In this document: one piece after another, positions 1-10,137 of the stretch
How the letters are laid out: every line of letters starts with the position of its first letter
Position numbering within the stretch: position 1 is the stretch's first letter
Assembly: GCA_051382305.1 (NCBI GenBank)
Contig: JBBCAV010000317.1
Span: 1-48,370 of the forward strand
DNA: 48,370 bases
DNA from: Bdellovibrionota bacterium FG-2
GTDB lineage: Bacteria; Bdellovibrionota; UBA1018
Reading direction: 5' to 3'
The notes under the pieces: generated by a model
The model's database searches: none
What the model was told of the DNA's origin: nothing
Seen by the model: only the letters and a program-made list of their open reading frames with translations
Made by a program: the position numbers and the translations under genes

Positions 1-627
1 ACAAAAGAAATTCGTTCCCGTTACCTCGAGCATCTGGGGGGTTCATCCTATGGAACCCTGGCGCGAAAACTGATTCGGGATGGGAGCAAAACGACTTGCC
101 ACCGTCAAACGGTCTTGGTGATCGGCGCGGGACAATTGGGCGCCTCTGTTGCGCCGTTCTTGGGCGACTCGCGAATTTTGCTTTGGAATCGCAGTGAAGA
201 AAAAACTTTTGAATTAAAAGCTGAGCTTGCCACTCGTCATGAGATTCGATCTGAGATTGTTGTCGATCTCAAGGCAGCACTCGTACAGGCGGATCATGTT
301 GTCGTATGTATTCCCGTGGGCGGCACGGCCGGAATGTCCGAACTTGAACTCTACACGGCTTGGGCTTGTAACGGAAAACGTGGCGTCTACCTCCACTTGG
401 GTGGAACGCAGGAGCAGTTTTCGCAGGAAATTGCGGGTCAGAATAGTTCTGAGCGCGTTTTTGTTGCGCTGGATGATGTTTTTGCACTTCAAAAGTCGCA
501 AAGTTATGTTCGTTCGCTTCAGATTTGTCGCGCTCGTTCGGCTTGCCAAGAGCGTGCAATTCTTAGGGCGCTTGGATCTTCGATTTCTATTCCTCATGGT
601 TGGGAAGATCTAGCGGCATTCGCTTAA
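1..627 (+). CDS. hemA: Glutamyl-tRNA reductase, C-terminal part (5' end outside window)
   Basis: Frame open from base 1 (TKEIRSRYLEHLGGSSYG...TVLVIGAGQLG), with an NADPH-binding GxG motif. First gene of a hem operon. Confidence 0.75.
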   Translation, partial: TKEIRSRYLEHLGGSSYGTLARKLIRDGSKTTCHRQTVLVIGAGQLGASVAPFLGDSRILLWNRSEEKTFELKAELATRHEIRSEIVVDLKAALVQADHVVVCIPVGGTAGMSELELYTAWACNGKRGVYLHLGGTQEQFSQEIAGQNSSERVFVALDDVFALQKSQSYVRSLQICRARSACQERAILRALGSSISIPHGWEDLAAFA

Positions 628-648
628 TTTTGATAAAGCAGGATCACT

Positions 649-2199
649 ATGAATCTCACACTAAAGCTTGGTACTCGTCGTTCGCTACTCGCGTGGGCGC
701 AAAGTTCATGGGTTGCTCGCGAAATTGAGCGCCTCAACCCAGGCGCAAAAGCTGAACTTGTCGGAATCGATACCCGCGGCGATAAGATCCTGGATGTTTC
801 GCTCCAGTCGATCGAGGGCAAAGAATTTTTTGTGGCTGAACTCGATGCGGCCTTAAGAACCGGAGATGTGGATTTTACGGTCCATTCATTGAAGGATTTA
901 AGTCTGGAGCGTCCGGACGAATTCATCAATGTTGCAACTCCGCAGCGAGAAAATTCGCGTGATGTGATTCTCTATGGCCCGCGCGTGTTGCAAAAACTCA
1001 AAGCGGGCGAGAAGATTCGGATTGGGACTTCTTCGCCGCGGCGTAAAGAAAATCTGCCTGCGTTTTTGGAAAAAGCGCTCCCAAGTTTTGGAGCCGTCAC
1101 GCCTCAAGTCGAGCTCGTCGAGTTGCGTGGTAACGTGAATACCCGTCTCGGGCGTGTTCATGAAGCTGAAGGGTCCGAGCGCCATCTCGATGGCGTGGTG
1201 CTTGCGCTGGCTGGGTTGATTCGGCTGTCACGAGATTCCGCGGGGGGCCCAGAACTTCAACGCCTGCTTTCAGGCCTTCGTTGGATGGTGTTGCCGCTGC
1301 GGGAAAATCCTACGGCTCCGGGTCAGGGCGCCCTAGCCATTGAATGTCGTAAAAACGATCAGCCAGTGATTGCTGCAGTTTCAAAACTTACAGATGCAGC
1401 TTCGGTGGATCAAGTCGCGATGGAGCGCCAGATTTTGGCGGATTGGGGCGGTGGCTGTCATCAGCGCTTTGGCGCTTCGGCTGTGAGTCTTGAGGGGGCG
1501 GGAACGGTTCTCTACATTCGGGGCCGCAAATCAGATGGCGTCTTTGTCGATGAGGCCCGTTGGAAAATGCCAGCTTCACCTCGTGCAGCTGGACCTGTCA
1601 TCGCCTGGGATAGTACCGAGAGTCGAGCCAAGGCTTCGCCTTCTCCGATTGCTCATTGTGATCCCACTCCTTATAAGGGACGTTCTTTTTTTATCGCGCA
1701 CACACGTGCACTCAGTGAGGCGTTTGAGAGCGTCGCTCAAACTGGGCGGGTTTGGGTTCCTGGTGTTCGCACTTGGCATCAGCTTGCGGCGCGAGGAATT
1801 TGGGTAGAAGGTTGTACTGAAGGCTTTGGAATCGAATATGGCAAACAGCTCATGTCGCCTGCGGTTTTGGGGTTGCCCGCTTTTGATTCGAAGAAAGAGT
1901 GGGTTGTACTCACCCACGAAGAAGCACTTGAGGCCTGGAGCGATAAAGCGACAGGTGCGACTGCTATTGCTACTTACCGAGTTCCAAAAGCGGATACTAA
2001 GACCTGTCCCGAGCTTGAAAAAGCAACGCATGTTTTTTGGGGCAGCGGCTCTCAATTTGCTCGTTACAAAACCTTTGTATCACCTGAGGCTCACCATGCT
2101 TGCGGCCCGGGCAAAACCGCACAGTTTTTGAAATCACAGGGAATGAATCCCGTCGTGTTCCCGTCGCTAGAGGAGTGGAAAAAATGGATCAAGACGTAA
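649..2199 (+). CDS. hemC: Hydroxymethylbilane synthase fused to a C-terminal HemD-like (uroporphyrinogen III synthase-like) region
   Basis: HemC motifs LGTRRSLLA, VHSLKD, IGTSSPRR, LRGNVNTRL and GGGC. The extra ~200 aa contain HemD-like segments (VFWGSGSQF, ACGPGKTAQFL). Confidence 0.88.
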   Translation: MNLTLKLGTRRSLLAWAQSSWVAREIERLNPGAKAELVGIDTRGDKILDVSLQSIEGKEFFVAELDAALRTGDVDFTVHSLKDLSLERPDEFINVATPQRENSRDVILYGPRVLQKLKAGEKIRIGTSSPRRKENLPAFLEKALPSFGAVTPQVELVELRGNVNTRLGRVHEAEGSERHLDGVVLALAGLIRLSRDSAGGPELQRLLSGLRWMVLPLRENPTAPGQGALAIECRKNDQPVIAAVSKLTDAASVDQVAMERQILADWGGGCHQRFGASAVSLEGAGTVLYIRGRKSDGVFVDEARWKMPASPRAAGPVIAWDSTESRAKASPSPIAHCDPTPYKGRSFFIAHTRALSEAFESVAQTGRVWVPGVRTWHQLAARGIWVEGCTEGFGIEYGKQLMSPAVLGLPAFDSKKEWVVLTHEEALEAWSDKATGATAIATYRVPKADTKTCPELEKATHVFWGSGSQFARYKTFVSPEAHHACGPGKTAQFLKSQGMNPVVFPSLEEWKKWIKT

Positions 2200-3212
2200 A
2201 GGAAGGTTTAGAGGGTTACGGCGCGCCACTAGGGCTGCGAAGGCTGAGGCAAAATCCCCTGACAAGAGAGCTTGTGCGCGAAGTTCATTTTTCGGTTGAG
2301 CAGTTGATTCAACCCTGTTTTGTAGTGGATGGCATTTCAAGTCGCGAATCTGTGCCAGGACTTACGGGCACTTACCGGGAAACTTCAGAAACACTGCTAC
2401 GCCAGACCGAAGCGGACTTAAAGGTCGGCGTGAATAAACTTCTGCTTTTTGGCGTGCCTGCCAAGAAGGAACTCAATAATTTTGATTTCGGATTTACGGC
2501 CAGAGCGATTCAGTCGCTGAAGCGCCAGTTTGGATCCGATCTTTGGGTTGGAGTAGATGTTTGCCTTTGTTCTTCTACCGAGCATGGCCAATGCGGAATT
2601 CTAAGCGCCGAAGGCGATCATGTTGAAAACGACGCTACTGTGGCTCAGCTTGCGCGGGCTGCGCTGACTTATGCCCAGGCCGGTGCGGATTGCGTGGCGC
2701 CGAGTGATATGATGGATGGTCGGGTGGGTGCGATTCGGTTTGCTTTGGATGATGCCGGTTTGGAAAAAACTTTGCTGATGAGCTATTCGGCAAAGTTTCA
2801 CTCGAAGTTTTACGGTCCCTTTCGCTTAGCCGCAGATTCTGCTCCCAAGGGTCCAGCGGGTAAGGGCACGTTGAAGGATCGTGCGACTTATCAAATAGAT
2901 CCTGCGTCACCCAAAGATGCCTATTTGAGCTCTTTGCGAGATGCCGAAGAAGGCGCCGATATTTTGATGGTTAAGCCCGGGATGCCTTATCTGGATATCT
3001 TGGCGCGCTTGTCTAAAGAAATTCCAAAACCTTGGGCGGTGTACGAAGTCAGCGGCGAATTCGCAGCCATAGAAGTCTTGGCACAGCAAGGCTTGATGCA
3101 GGGACCCGCGGCGCACGTCGAAGCGTGGACTGCGTTTTTTAGGGCTGGCGCTTCAATGGTAATCACCTACGGTGCACGGTTTGCGCAAGAGTGGATTAAG
3201 GCGAGTCGATAG
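2184..3212 (+). CDS. hemB: Porphobilinogen synthase (ALA dehydratase)
   Basis: DVCLCSSTEHGQCG Zn site, APSDMMDGRV, SYSAKF, MVKPG. AGGAG RBS at 2171 precedes ATG 2184. Confidence 0.95.
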   Translation: MDQDVKEGLEGYGAPLGLRRLRQNPLTRELVREVHFSVEQLIQPCFVVDGISSRESVPGLTGTYRETSETLLRQTEADLKVGVNKLLLFGVPAKKELNNFDFGFTARAIQSLKRQFGSDLWVGVDVCLCSSTEHGQCGILSAEGDHVENDATVAQLARAALTYAQAGADCVAPSDMMDGRVGAIRFALDDAGLEKTLLMSYSAKFHSKFYGPFRLAADSAPKGPAGKGTLKDRATYQIDPASPKDAYLSSLRDAEEGADILMVKPGMPYLDILARLSKEIPKPWAVYEVSGEFAAIEVLAQQGLMQGPAAHVEAWTAFFRAGASMVITYGARFAQEWIKASR

Positions 3213-3234
3213 GCCAAGGAATCAGGAGAAAATT

Positions 3235-4521
3235 ATGACTATTAAACAATCAGAGCAGCTATTTGAAAGAGCAAAAAAAGTTTCCCCAGGCGGCGTCCAT
3301 TCGCCGGTGCGCGGCTTTCGGGGTGTAGGGGGTACTCCCCGCTTCATGCAATCGGCAAAAGGCGCGGAACTCCTTGATGTCGATGGCAATCGCTATATCG
3401 ATTTTTGTATGTCCTGGGGGCCCATGCTCTTCGGTCATCAAGATGAAGAAGTTGCAGATGCCGTCAAGAGTGCTTTGGGTCGCGGTTGGTCTTATGGCAC
3501 GGCAGAGCCCTATTCGTTAGAGCTTGCGGAACTTATGACAGGCGCTCTGCCCTGGCTTCAAAAAGTCCGTTTTGTAAACTCTGGAACCGAAGCAGTGATG
3601 GCGGCCTTACGACTCGCTCGGGGCGCGACGAAGAGAAACAAGATCTTGAAATTTGATGGCTGCTATCATGGCCATGTGGACTCGATGCTCGTGCGCGCTG
3701 GCTCCGGCCTTGCCGAGATGGCTTCTCCTGATAGCGCCGGCGTTTCAGATAGCGTGGCTTCGGAGACGATTGTGGTTCCTCTGAATGATCTCAAAGCAGT
3801 TGAGTCTGCTTTTTCAATGCATGGCAAAGATATTGCGGCCATCATCGTTGAAGGGATTCCGGCAAATAACGGCCTGCTTTTGCAAAAAGATAATTTTCTC
3901 TCAGAACTTTGCCGCCTTGCGCGGGCGGCGGGAAGTCTCGTGATTTTTGATGAGGTGATTACCGGATTCCGCGTGGCTTTTGGCGGAATGGCCGAGCGCA
4001 CAGGACTTCGTCCCGACCTCGTGACCTATGGAAAAGTGATTGGCGGGGGATTTCCTGTGGGCGCTTACGGCGGGCGCGCGGACCTGATGGATATGGTGGC
4101 GCCGGCGGGGCCTGTTTATCAAGCCGGAACTTTGAGCGCGAACCCCGTGGCCATGTGCGCAGGGATCGCGATGCTCAAGAAGCTGCAGCGTGAGAATTCG
4201 TATAAAAAACTCGAAGAGCGCACCGAAGGGCTCTCTCGGACTTTGGAATCCATTGCGCGCGATCGCGGGATCGCCCTCAAAGTCCAGAATTACGGATCTA
4301 TTTTTTGGTCAATCTTGGGTGATGTTAAAACCCCTGACGGTTTTGTGCGGACCCCCGAGCAGACTCCTGCGACCCAAAAAGAGCGCTATTCAAAATCCTT
4401 TCATTTGTTCTTGGAGAAGGGGATCTATTTGGCGCCCAGCGGGTATGAAGTTTCTTTCATGTCCACCGCCCATACGGATGAGCATTTGGATAAATTCAAG
4501 AAGGCTTTTTCGGAGGTCTAA
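3235..4521 (+). CDS. hemL: Glutamate-1-semialdehyde 2,1-aminomutase
   Basis: PGGVHSPVR, VNSGTEA, FDEVITGFR, GKVIGGG, YQAGTLSANP. AGGAG RBS before ATG 3235. Confidence 0.96.
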   Translation: MTIKQSEQLFERAKKVSPGGVHSPVRGFRGVGGTPRFMQSAKGAELLDVDGNRYIDFCMSWGPMLFGHQDEEVADAVKSALGRGWSYGTAEPYSLELAELMTGALPWLQKVRFVNSGTEAVMAALRLARGATKRNKILKFDGCYHGHVDSMLVRAGSGLAEMASPDSAGVSDSVASETIVVPLNDLKAVESAFSMHGKDIAAIIVEGIPANNGLLLQKDNFLSELCRLARAAGSLVIFDEVITGFRVAFGGMAERTGLRPDLVTYGKVIGGGFPVGAYGGRADLMDMVAPAGPVYQAGTLSANPVAMCAGIAMLKKLQRENSYKKLEERTEGLSRTLESIARDRGIALKVQNYGSIFWSILGDVKTPDGFVRTPEQTPATQKERYSKSFHLFLEKGIYLAPSGYEVSFMSTAHTDEHLDKFKKAFSEV

Positions 4522-4531
4522 CTCAAAAGTT

Positions 4532-5488
4532 ATGAGTACATTGGGCGGTCTCATCTCAGCATCAAATAGGCGAATGAAGCTCGTATTGGGAATTCAGCTT
4601 GTTTGGTTTTGCCTTGTCTTCTTGCTGGGCGGCTGGTGGGCGAGACTTGTGAACTCTCAAGCACGTCGTATTGCCCAGCTTGAGTCCTATGCCGGAATGG
4701 GTGCAGGATCGGCGCAAGAACATTGGGCGCGAATGCAGCGGATGATTCAGTGGGAGTCGATTACCTATATGGGGTTGTTGCTCGTGGGGACGGCTGTGAT
4801 GTTTTGGCTGTATTGGCGCGATCAGCTCCGGGCGCGCTCTATTCATGCTTTTTTTGCGTCTCTTACTCACGAATTGCGAACGCCGCTGGCGAGCATTCGC
4901 CTGCAGGCGGAGTCCATTGCCGAGGACCCCACTCAAAAGGAGGTGCTCGGGCGGCTCTTAGAAGATACCTCACGATTGGAGAGTCAGGTCGAGACGACCC
5001 TGGAGCTTGCGCGTGTTGAGGGGGGCGGGGTTCTTTACCCCCAGGCGCTTCAAATTAAGCGATGGCTCACTCATTTTGTATCGACCCGAAGTGATGCGGT
5101 AAGCAAGGGTCAGATTAACCTAAGTCTTGATGATGTTGCGGTTGAAGCAGACCCCGGGGCACTTCAAATCATTTTCAGAAATCTCATCGAAAACGCTTAT
5201 CGGCATTCTAAGCAGGATCAGCTTCAGATCCAGGTGTCCTCGCTAGTGAAGGGGGAGCAAGTCGAGATTTGTTTTCGCGACAACGGAAAAGGAACTTTGG
5301 CTCGCCCTCAAGAATTAGGTGAACTCTTTCGAAAAGGCGCTTCTTCTCAGGGGGCAGGCGTTGGCTTGTATTTGATTCGAATGCTCATGAAGCGTATGGG
5401 CGGGAATGCCTCCTTTGGTCCTGCTCGCACAGGCGAAGCTGGGTTTGAAGCCCGTCTCGTATTCAAGGGGGGGGCCGCGAATGTCTGA
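4532..5488 (+). CDS. Membrane sensor histidine kinase (similar in position to Leptospira HemK/Hklep); start 4532 or 4574
   Basis: Two hydrophobic segments, H-box THELRTPL, N-box NLIENA, DNGKG, GAGVGL. Confidence 0.88.
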   Translation: MSTLGGLISASNRRMKLVLGIQLVWFCLVFLLGGWWARLVNSQARRIAQLESYAGMGAGSAQEHWARMQRMIQWESITYMGLLLVGTAVMFWLYWRDQLRARSIHAFFASLTHELRTPLASIRLQAESIAEDPTQKEVLGRLLEDTSRLESQVETTLELARVEGGGVLYPQALQIKRWLTHFVSTRSDAVSKGQINLSLDDVAVEADPGALQIIFRNLIENAYRHSKQDQLQIQVSSLVKGEQVEICFRDNGKGTLARPQELGELFRKGASSQGAGVGLYLIRMLMKRMGGNASFGPARTGEAGFEARLVFKGGAANV

Positions 5489-6188
5489 GAAACCCTCAGC
5501 TCGAATTTTGGTTTTAGAAGATGAACGCAATGTGGGGCTTACGCTCGTTGAGCGGCTGCGAAAAGAGGGTTTTGAGATTGCGTGGGCTCAGTCTGTTGAA
5601 GAGGCGCGGCTTGAAATTTCACAACGGAAATTTGATTTGGCTTTGCTTGATGTGACGCTGCCTGATGGAACGGGTTTTGAGGTAGCGACGGAACTTCGTA
5701 AGTCACAGCCGGGTGCCGCACTCATTTTTCTCACGGCGCATGGTTCGCCCGAAGACCGGGTGCGAGGTTTAGAACTTGGCGCTGAGGACTATGTCGTGAA
5801 GCCCTTTCATTATAAGGAGCTTCTACTGCGCATTCACAATGGACTCAAACGCGCGCGCTATCTTTCGCAAACGCCGACGACTCAGGTGGATGAAGTTCAG
5901 GTGGGAGAGGCCCTTGTTTCATTTTCTCGCTTTGAGGCGCGCGTGGGGGCGGCGGTCAATGCGTTGACCCACAAAGAGTGTGCGTTGCTTCGGCTCTTGG
6001 TCGAGCGTCGGGGAAAAGTCGTGAGCCGTGATGAAATTTTGAACCATGTTTGGTCGGAGAATGAGTTCCCCAGTCCCCGTACGATTGATAATTTTGTGAT
6101 GAGACTGAGGCGTCTTGTAGAGATTGATCCCGAAAACCCGCAAATCATTCGCAGCGTGCGAGGCGTGGGTTATCAGTTAATGGAATGA
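5481..6188 (+). CDS. OmpR/PhoB-family response regulator (HemR/Rrlep-like by position)
   Basis: LVLEDE, LLDVTLPDGTG, FLTA, DYVVKPF and winged-helix tail SVRGVGY. Overlaps the kinase stop. Confidence 0.92.
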   Translation: MSEKPSARILVLEDERNVGLTLVERLRKEGFEIAWAQSVEEARLEISQRKFDLALLDVTLPDGTGFEVATELRKSQPGAALIFLTAHGSPEDRVRGLELGAEDYVVKPFHYKELLLRIHNGLKRARYLSQTPTTQVDEVQVGEALVSFSRFEARVGAAVNALTHKECALLRLLVERRGKVVSRDEILNHVWSENEFPSPRTIDNFVMRLRRLVEIDPENPQIIRSVRGVGYQLME

Positions 6189-6199
6189 GAGGAAAGCAT

Positions 6200-7243
6200 A
6201 TGCAAAAGAAACTACTTCTGGAAGCCATCTATCGAAGAAACACCGCGCGTCCGCCGGTTTGGTTTATGCGGCAAGCGGGACGCTATCACTCCCATTATCA
6301 GTCGTTGAAGAAAAACTTCACTTTTGTCGACCTCTGTAAGCTACCTAAGATCGCCTGTGAAACGACGATGGGTCCCATTCGGGATTTTGATTTCGATGCA
6401 GCGATTCTTTTCTCGGATATTTTGTTTCCCTTGGAAGTGATGGGAATGGGTCTCAAGTACGAAGAAGGTCCAAAACTGGATTGGCATTTGAACACCTTAA
6501 AAGACGCTGAAAAATTGCAGGGCGGCGCTGCAAAAGTGAAGGAACTTGGTTATCAAGGTGAGGCGATGGCCTTGATTCGCAAAGAGCTCCCCGCGGAGAA
6601 GGCGCTCTTAGGATTTGTTGGCGGTCCCCTCACGCTGTTTTGTTATGCGGTTGAAGGCAGCCATCAAGGCGTCTTGGAATCGTCCCGAGCAGGCATGCAC
6701 GACGGCAGATATCATGCTTTTATAGACAAGCTTCACGACCTTTTAGTCGCAAATATGGTGATGCAAGCGCGCTCGGGCGCGGATGCGGTCGCGATCTTCG
6801 ACACTTGTGCCGGAGAATTTGATCCTGCCATTTATCGGGCGCATGTGGTGCCCGAGTTGAAGCGACTCATGGAAGCTGTTCGCAAACAGTGTCCTGAAAC
6901 ACCTATTATTTATTATTCCAAGAAAACGACGCCCGAATATTGGAGAATGCTTCGTGGGTTGCCTTTTGATGTTTTGGGAGTGGATTGGAATCAAGATTTG
7001 GTCGAGGTACTTCGGGAATTCGGCAAAGAATGGGCGATTCAGGGAAATATCGACCCGCACTGGCTGTTCTTGCCGGCCGCCGAGCTGGAGGATAAGTTGC
7101 GCGAGCGATTCACGGCGGTGCTTGAGCTAGGTCCCGAAATGCGCAAGGGTTGGATTTGCGGGTTAGGCCACGGGGTGCTTCCGAAAACGCCGGAAGAAAA
7201 CGTCAGACTATTTATTCGTCTACAGCGCGAGATGTTCAAATGA
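6200..7243 (+). CDS. hemE: Uroporphyrinogen decarboxylase
   Basis: PVWFMRQAGRY, DAAILFSDIL, QGNIDP, LGHGVLP. Alternative start 6185. Confidence 0.95.
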   Translation: MQKKLLLEAIYRRNTARPPVWFMRQAGRYHSHYQSLKKNFTFVDLCKLPKIACETTMGPIRDFDFDAAILFSDILFPLEVMGMGLKYEEGPKLDWHLNTLKDAEKLQGGAAKVKELGYQGEAMALIRKELPAEKALLGFVGGPLTLFCYAVEGSHQGVLESSRAGMHDGRYHAFIDKLHDLLVANMVMQARSGADAVAIFDTCAGEFDPAIYRAHVVPELKRLMEAVRKQCPETPIIYYSKKTTPEYWRMLRGLPFDVLGVDWNQDLVEVLREFGKEWAIQGNIDPHWLFLPAAELEDKLRERFTAVLELGPEMRKGWICGLGHGVLPKTPEENVRLFIRLQREMFK

Positions 7244-8622
7244 ATATTTCTCAGCTTCTTGAAAAATACAATGTCCCCGGACCTCGTTACACGAGTTATC
7301 CGACCGTCCCCTATTGGGAAACGAGCCCCACTGAGGATCAGTGGATTTCAAGCGTTGCGCGATCCATTGAAGAAAATGAGCATAAAGGCGTGGGTGCGGC
7401 ACTTTATGTTCACATCCCGTTTTGTCGCGCGCTTTGTACCTACTGCGGATGTAACACGCGCGTAACGCGAAGTCGGGGTGTGGTGGAGCCCTATATCAAG
7501 ACGTTGATTAAGGAATGGGATTATACCCTGGGCCGCTTGGGCAGACTGCCGGGATCAGGGCCTTCGTTGAGTTTAACGGAGTTCCATATGGGCGGAGGTA
7601 CGCCCACATTTTTGGAGCCCGCCGAGTTAGAGATGTTGCTTGATGGCTTGTTTTCTAAGGTGAAACTCAATGCAGAGCACGAGTACTCCTTTGAAGCCGA
7701 TCCGCGCGTGACGACGAAAGAGCAGATTGCGGTGTTTCGAAAGTTTGGGTTTCGTAGAATCAGTTTAGGAATTCAAGACTTTGATCCAAAAGTTCAAGAC
7801 ATTGTTCATCGCGTTCAATCCGAAGAAGAGGTTCGGCGCGTAACGGATGATGCGCGAGAGCTTGGGTATACTGGGATTAATTACGATTTGATTTATGGGC
7901 TTCCTTTTCAGACCGTGAAGAGCATCGAAGACACGATGGAGATTGTGTGCCGATTACGTCCGGACCGAATCGCGTTCTACGGCTATGCGCATGTCCCGTG
8001 GATTAAGCCCGGGCAGCGCAGGTTTACTGAAGATGATCTACCTTCGCCCGACGCAAAACGCGCGCTTTATGAGACGGGGCGCAAACTGTTAGCTGAAAAT
8101 GGATATCGCGAAATTGGGATGGATCACTTTGCGCTTGAGAGCGATTCGCTTTGGAAGTCGTGCGTGGAAGGAAAACTCCACAGGAATTTCATGGGATATA
8201 TTTCACGGCAGGTCGCGCCCTTGATTGGTCTCGGGGTTTCGTCCATTGGCGATAGCTGGGATGTTTTCTCGCAAAATGAAAAATTGGTTGAAACCTACAT
8301 GGCGCGTGTTGAAAAAGGAGAACTCCCGATTCACCGAGGCCACGTGCTTGATGAAGAGGATAAGGTTTTAAGGCGGCACATTCTCAATATCATGACCCGC
8401 TTCAAAACAGATTGGTCGGATCCGTCTCTTCAAACCGAGTATTTTATGTCGGTTGCTGAGCGACTCACGGAGTTTGTCCGTGACGGTTTAATGGAGGTGG
8501 GCGCGAACTCGTGTGTGGTGAAGCCCGCAGGGATTCCGTTTTTGCGAAATATCTGCATGGCTTTTGATGCACGATTAACCCGTAAAGCGCCTTCGACGAA
8601 ACTCTTTAGTCGAACAATTTAG
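7240..8622 (+). CDS. hemN: Oxygen-independent coproporphyrinogen III oxidase (radical SAM)
   Basis: GPRYTSYPT, YVHIPFCxxxCxYCGC, GGGTPT, HRNFMGY. ATGA overlap with the hemE stop. Confidence 0.95.
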   Translation: MNISQLLEKYNVPGPRYTSYPTVPYWETSPTEDQWISSVARSIEENEHKGVGAALYVHIPFCRALCTYCGCNTRVTRSRGVVEPYIKTLIKEWDYTLGRLGRLPGSGPSLSLTEFHMGGGTPTFLEPAELEMLLDGLFSKVKLNAEHEYSFEADPRVTTKEQIAVFRKFGFRRISLGIQDFDPKVQDIVHRVQSEEEVRRVTDDARELGYTGINYDLIYGLPFQTVKSIEDTMEIVCRLRPDRIAFYGYAHVPWIKPGQRRFTEDDLPSPDAKRALYETGRKLLAENGYREIGMDHFALESDSLWKSCVEGKLHRNFMGYISRQVAPLIGLGVSSIGDSWDVFSQNEKLVETYMARVEKGELPIHRGHVLDEEDKVLRRHILNIMTRFKTDWSDPSLQTEYFMSVAERLTEFVRDGLMEVGANSCVVKPAGIPFLRNICMAFDARLTRKAPSTKLFSRTI

Positions 8623-8641
8623 TTCAGCCTTTGGAGGTCTT

Positions 8642-9967
8642 ATGCTCGGAACCCTTAATCGGGATGTTCGTGAAGCGACCGTCGTAGGAGCTGGGATCTC
8701 TGGGCTCTTAGCGGCTTACCATTTGGATCGGGCCGGATTTGAGGTCACGCTCATTGAGGCGCAGGCTCAAACTGGTGGTTTGATTCGGACGCTACAAATG
8801 GAGCGGGGAATTTCTGAGACCGGCGCGCATTCGCTTTTGTTAACGCCTTTAGTTCGGGAGTTTTGTGATGAGATTGGCGTGGAGCTTGCTCCCGTGAATA
8901 AAGATTCTAAAGCGCGCTATATTTTACGCAATGGTAAAATGCGAAAAATCCCGCTAAGTCCTTGGGAGATTCTCAAGACTTTGTTTCGGGCCTATTTTGT
9001 TCTGGCTGATCCCAAGGCCGATCCTTTTACGATGCCGATGAGTCAATGGGCGAATCGTTTCTTGGGGCCTGCTGCTTCGCAGTTCGTTTTTTCACCCTTT
9101 GTGAGGGGCATTTATGGGGCGGATTTGAGTGAAATTTCAGTCGGCGCGGCTTTTCCGATGCTTGTGGTGCAGCCTGGGCATTCGTTGATCAGCCAGATGA
9201 TTTCGAAGAAAATTAGAGGCAAAAAAAATGAAACGAAGGCTTTAGTGGTCACGCGGGCGGAAAAGAAGGGCGCCAAAGGTATGGTCGCCCCTCGCGAGGG
9301 CATGGGTGCGTTGGTGACGGCATTGACGACTCATCTTGAGAAAGAGTTGGGTTCTCGATTTCAGAAGGGCACCCCGGTTACGACACTTCCCAAGGTTCCA
9401 AATCTTATCCTGGCAGTGCCCGCCTATGTGGCCTCGCAGTTGATTGGCGCAAGTGATAATGAGTTAGCACTTGTTTTGAGGCAAATCGAATATTCGCCAA
9501 TGGTCGCCGCCACGGCTTTTGTACCGAAATATGCGATGCCCGTTACGAAGGGTGTGGGAGTTTTGGTAGCGCCAGGGGAGCCGCGGGGCGCGCTGGGGAT
9601 TTTGTTTAATTCCAGCTCATTTCCCGGACGAGTGAAGGATGAATCGCAGTGGTGCTCCTTTACTTTGATGGCAGGTGGGGGCGCTGGGCACCGCTTACTT
9701 ACGCAAGAGACCGAGGAGCTTGAGTCCATGTTTTGTAATGAACTTCATGAAGTCCTTCAGGTAAAAGAAGAGCGCCTAGATGAGGTTGCATTTGCTTTGA
9801 GTCGCTGGGAAAAAGCCCTTCCGAAATATGATCGCAAATTGCAGAATGCTTGGGCGGTGGCGCGTGCAGGTTGGTGCTCCAAGCCTGGGCAGATCCTGTG
9901 CGGTAACTACAGCGGACAGATCAGTTTGCGTGGAATGATTGAGGACTCCAGGCGGATGGTGGAGTAG
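8642..9967 (+). CDS. hemY: FAD-dependent protoporphyrinogen oxidase (HemY/PgoX type)
   Basis: VVGAGISGL FAD motif, ETGAHS, GIYGAD, LGILFNSSSFPGR. GGAGG RBS; last gene of the hem operon. Confidence 0.85.
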   Translation: MLGTLNRDVREATVVGAGISGLLAAYHLDRAGFEVTLIEAQAQTGGLIRTLQMERGISETGAHSLLLTPLVREFCDEIGVELAPVNKDSKARYILRNGKMRKIPLSPWEILKTLFRAYFVLADPKADPFTMPMSQWANRFLGPAASQFVFSPFVRGIYGADLSEISVGAAFPMLVVQPGHSLISQMISKKIRGKKNETKALVVTRAEKKGAKGMVAPREGMGALVTALTTHLEKELGSRFQKGTPVTTLPKVPNLILAVPAYVASQLIGASDNELALVLRQIEYSPMVAATAFVPKYAMPVTKGVGVLVAPGEPRGALGILFNSSSFPGRVKDESQWCSFTLMAGGGAGHRLLTQETEELESMFCNELHEVLQVKEERLDEVAFALSRWEKALPKYDRKLQNAWAVARAGWCSKPGQILCGNYSGQISLRGMIEDSRRMVE

Positions 9968-10137
9968 CCTGGAGTAGGATAAATTCAGGCTACTTTAAAC
10001 TCGAGTTGGTACTTTTTAAGGTTTCTCGAGAGACAGGTGTATACGCGCACGCAAAGTAATAAGGAGCCTCAGGTGTTGAGTGCCAACTTTCCTGGCGGCG
10101 TCGCTCATAAAGGAAACTGTGCCCAGTCCGTTTACCG

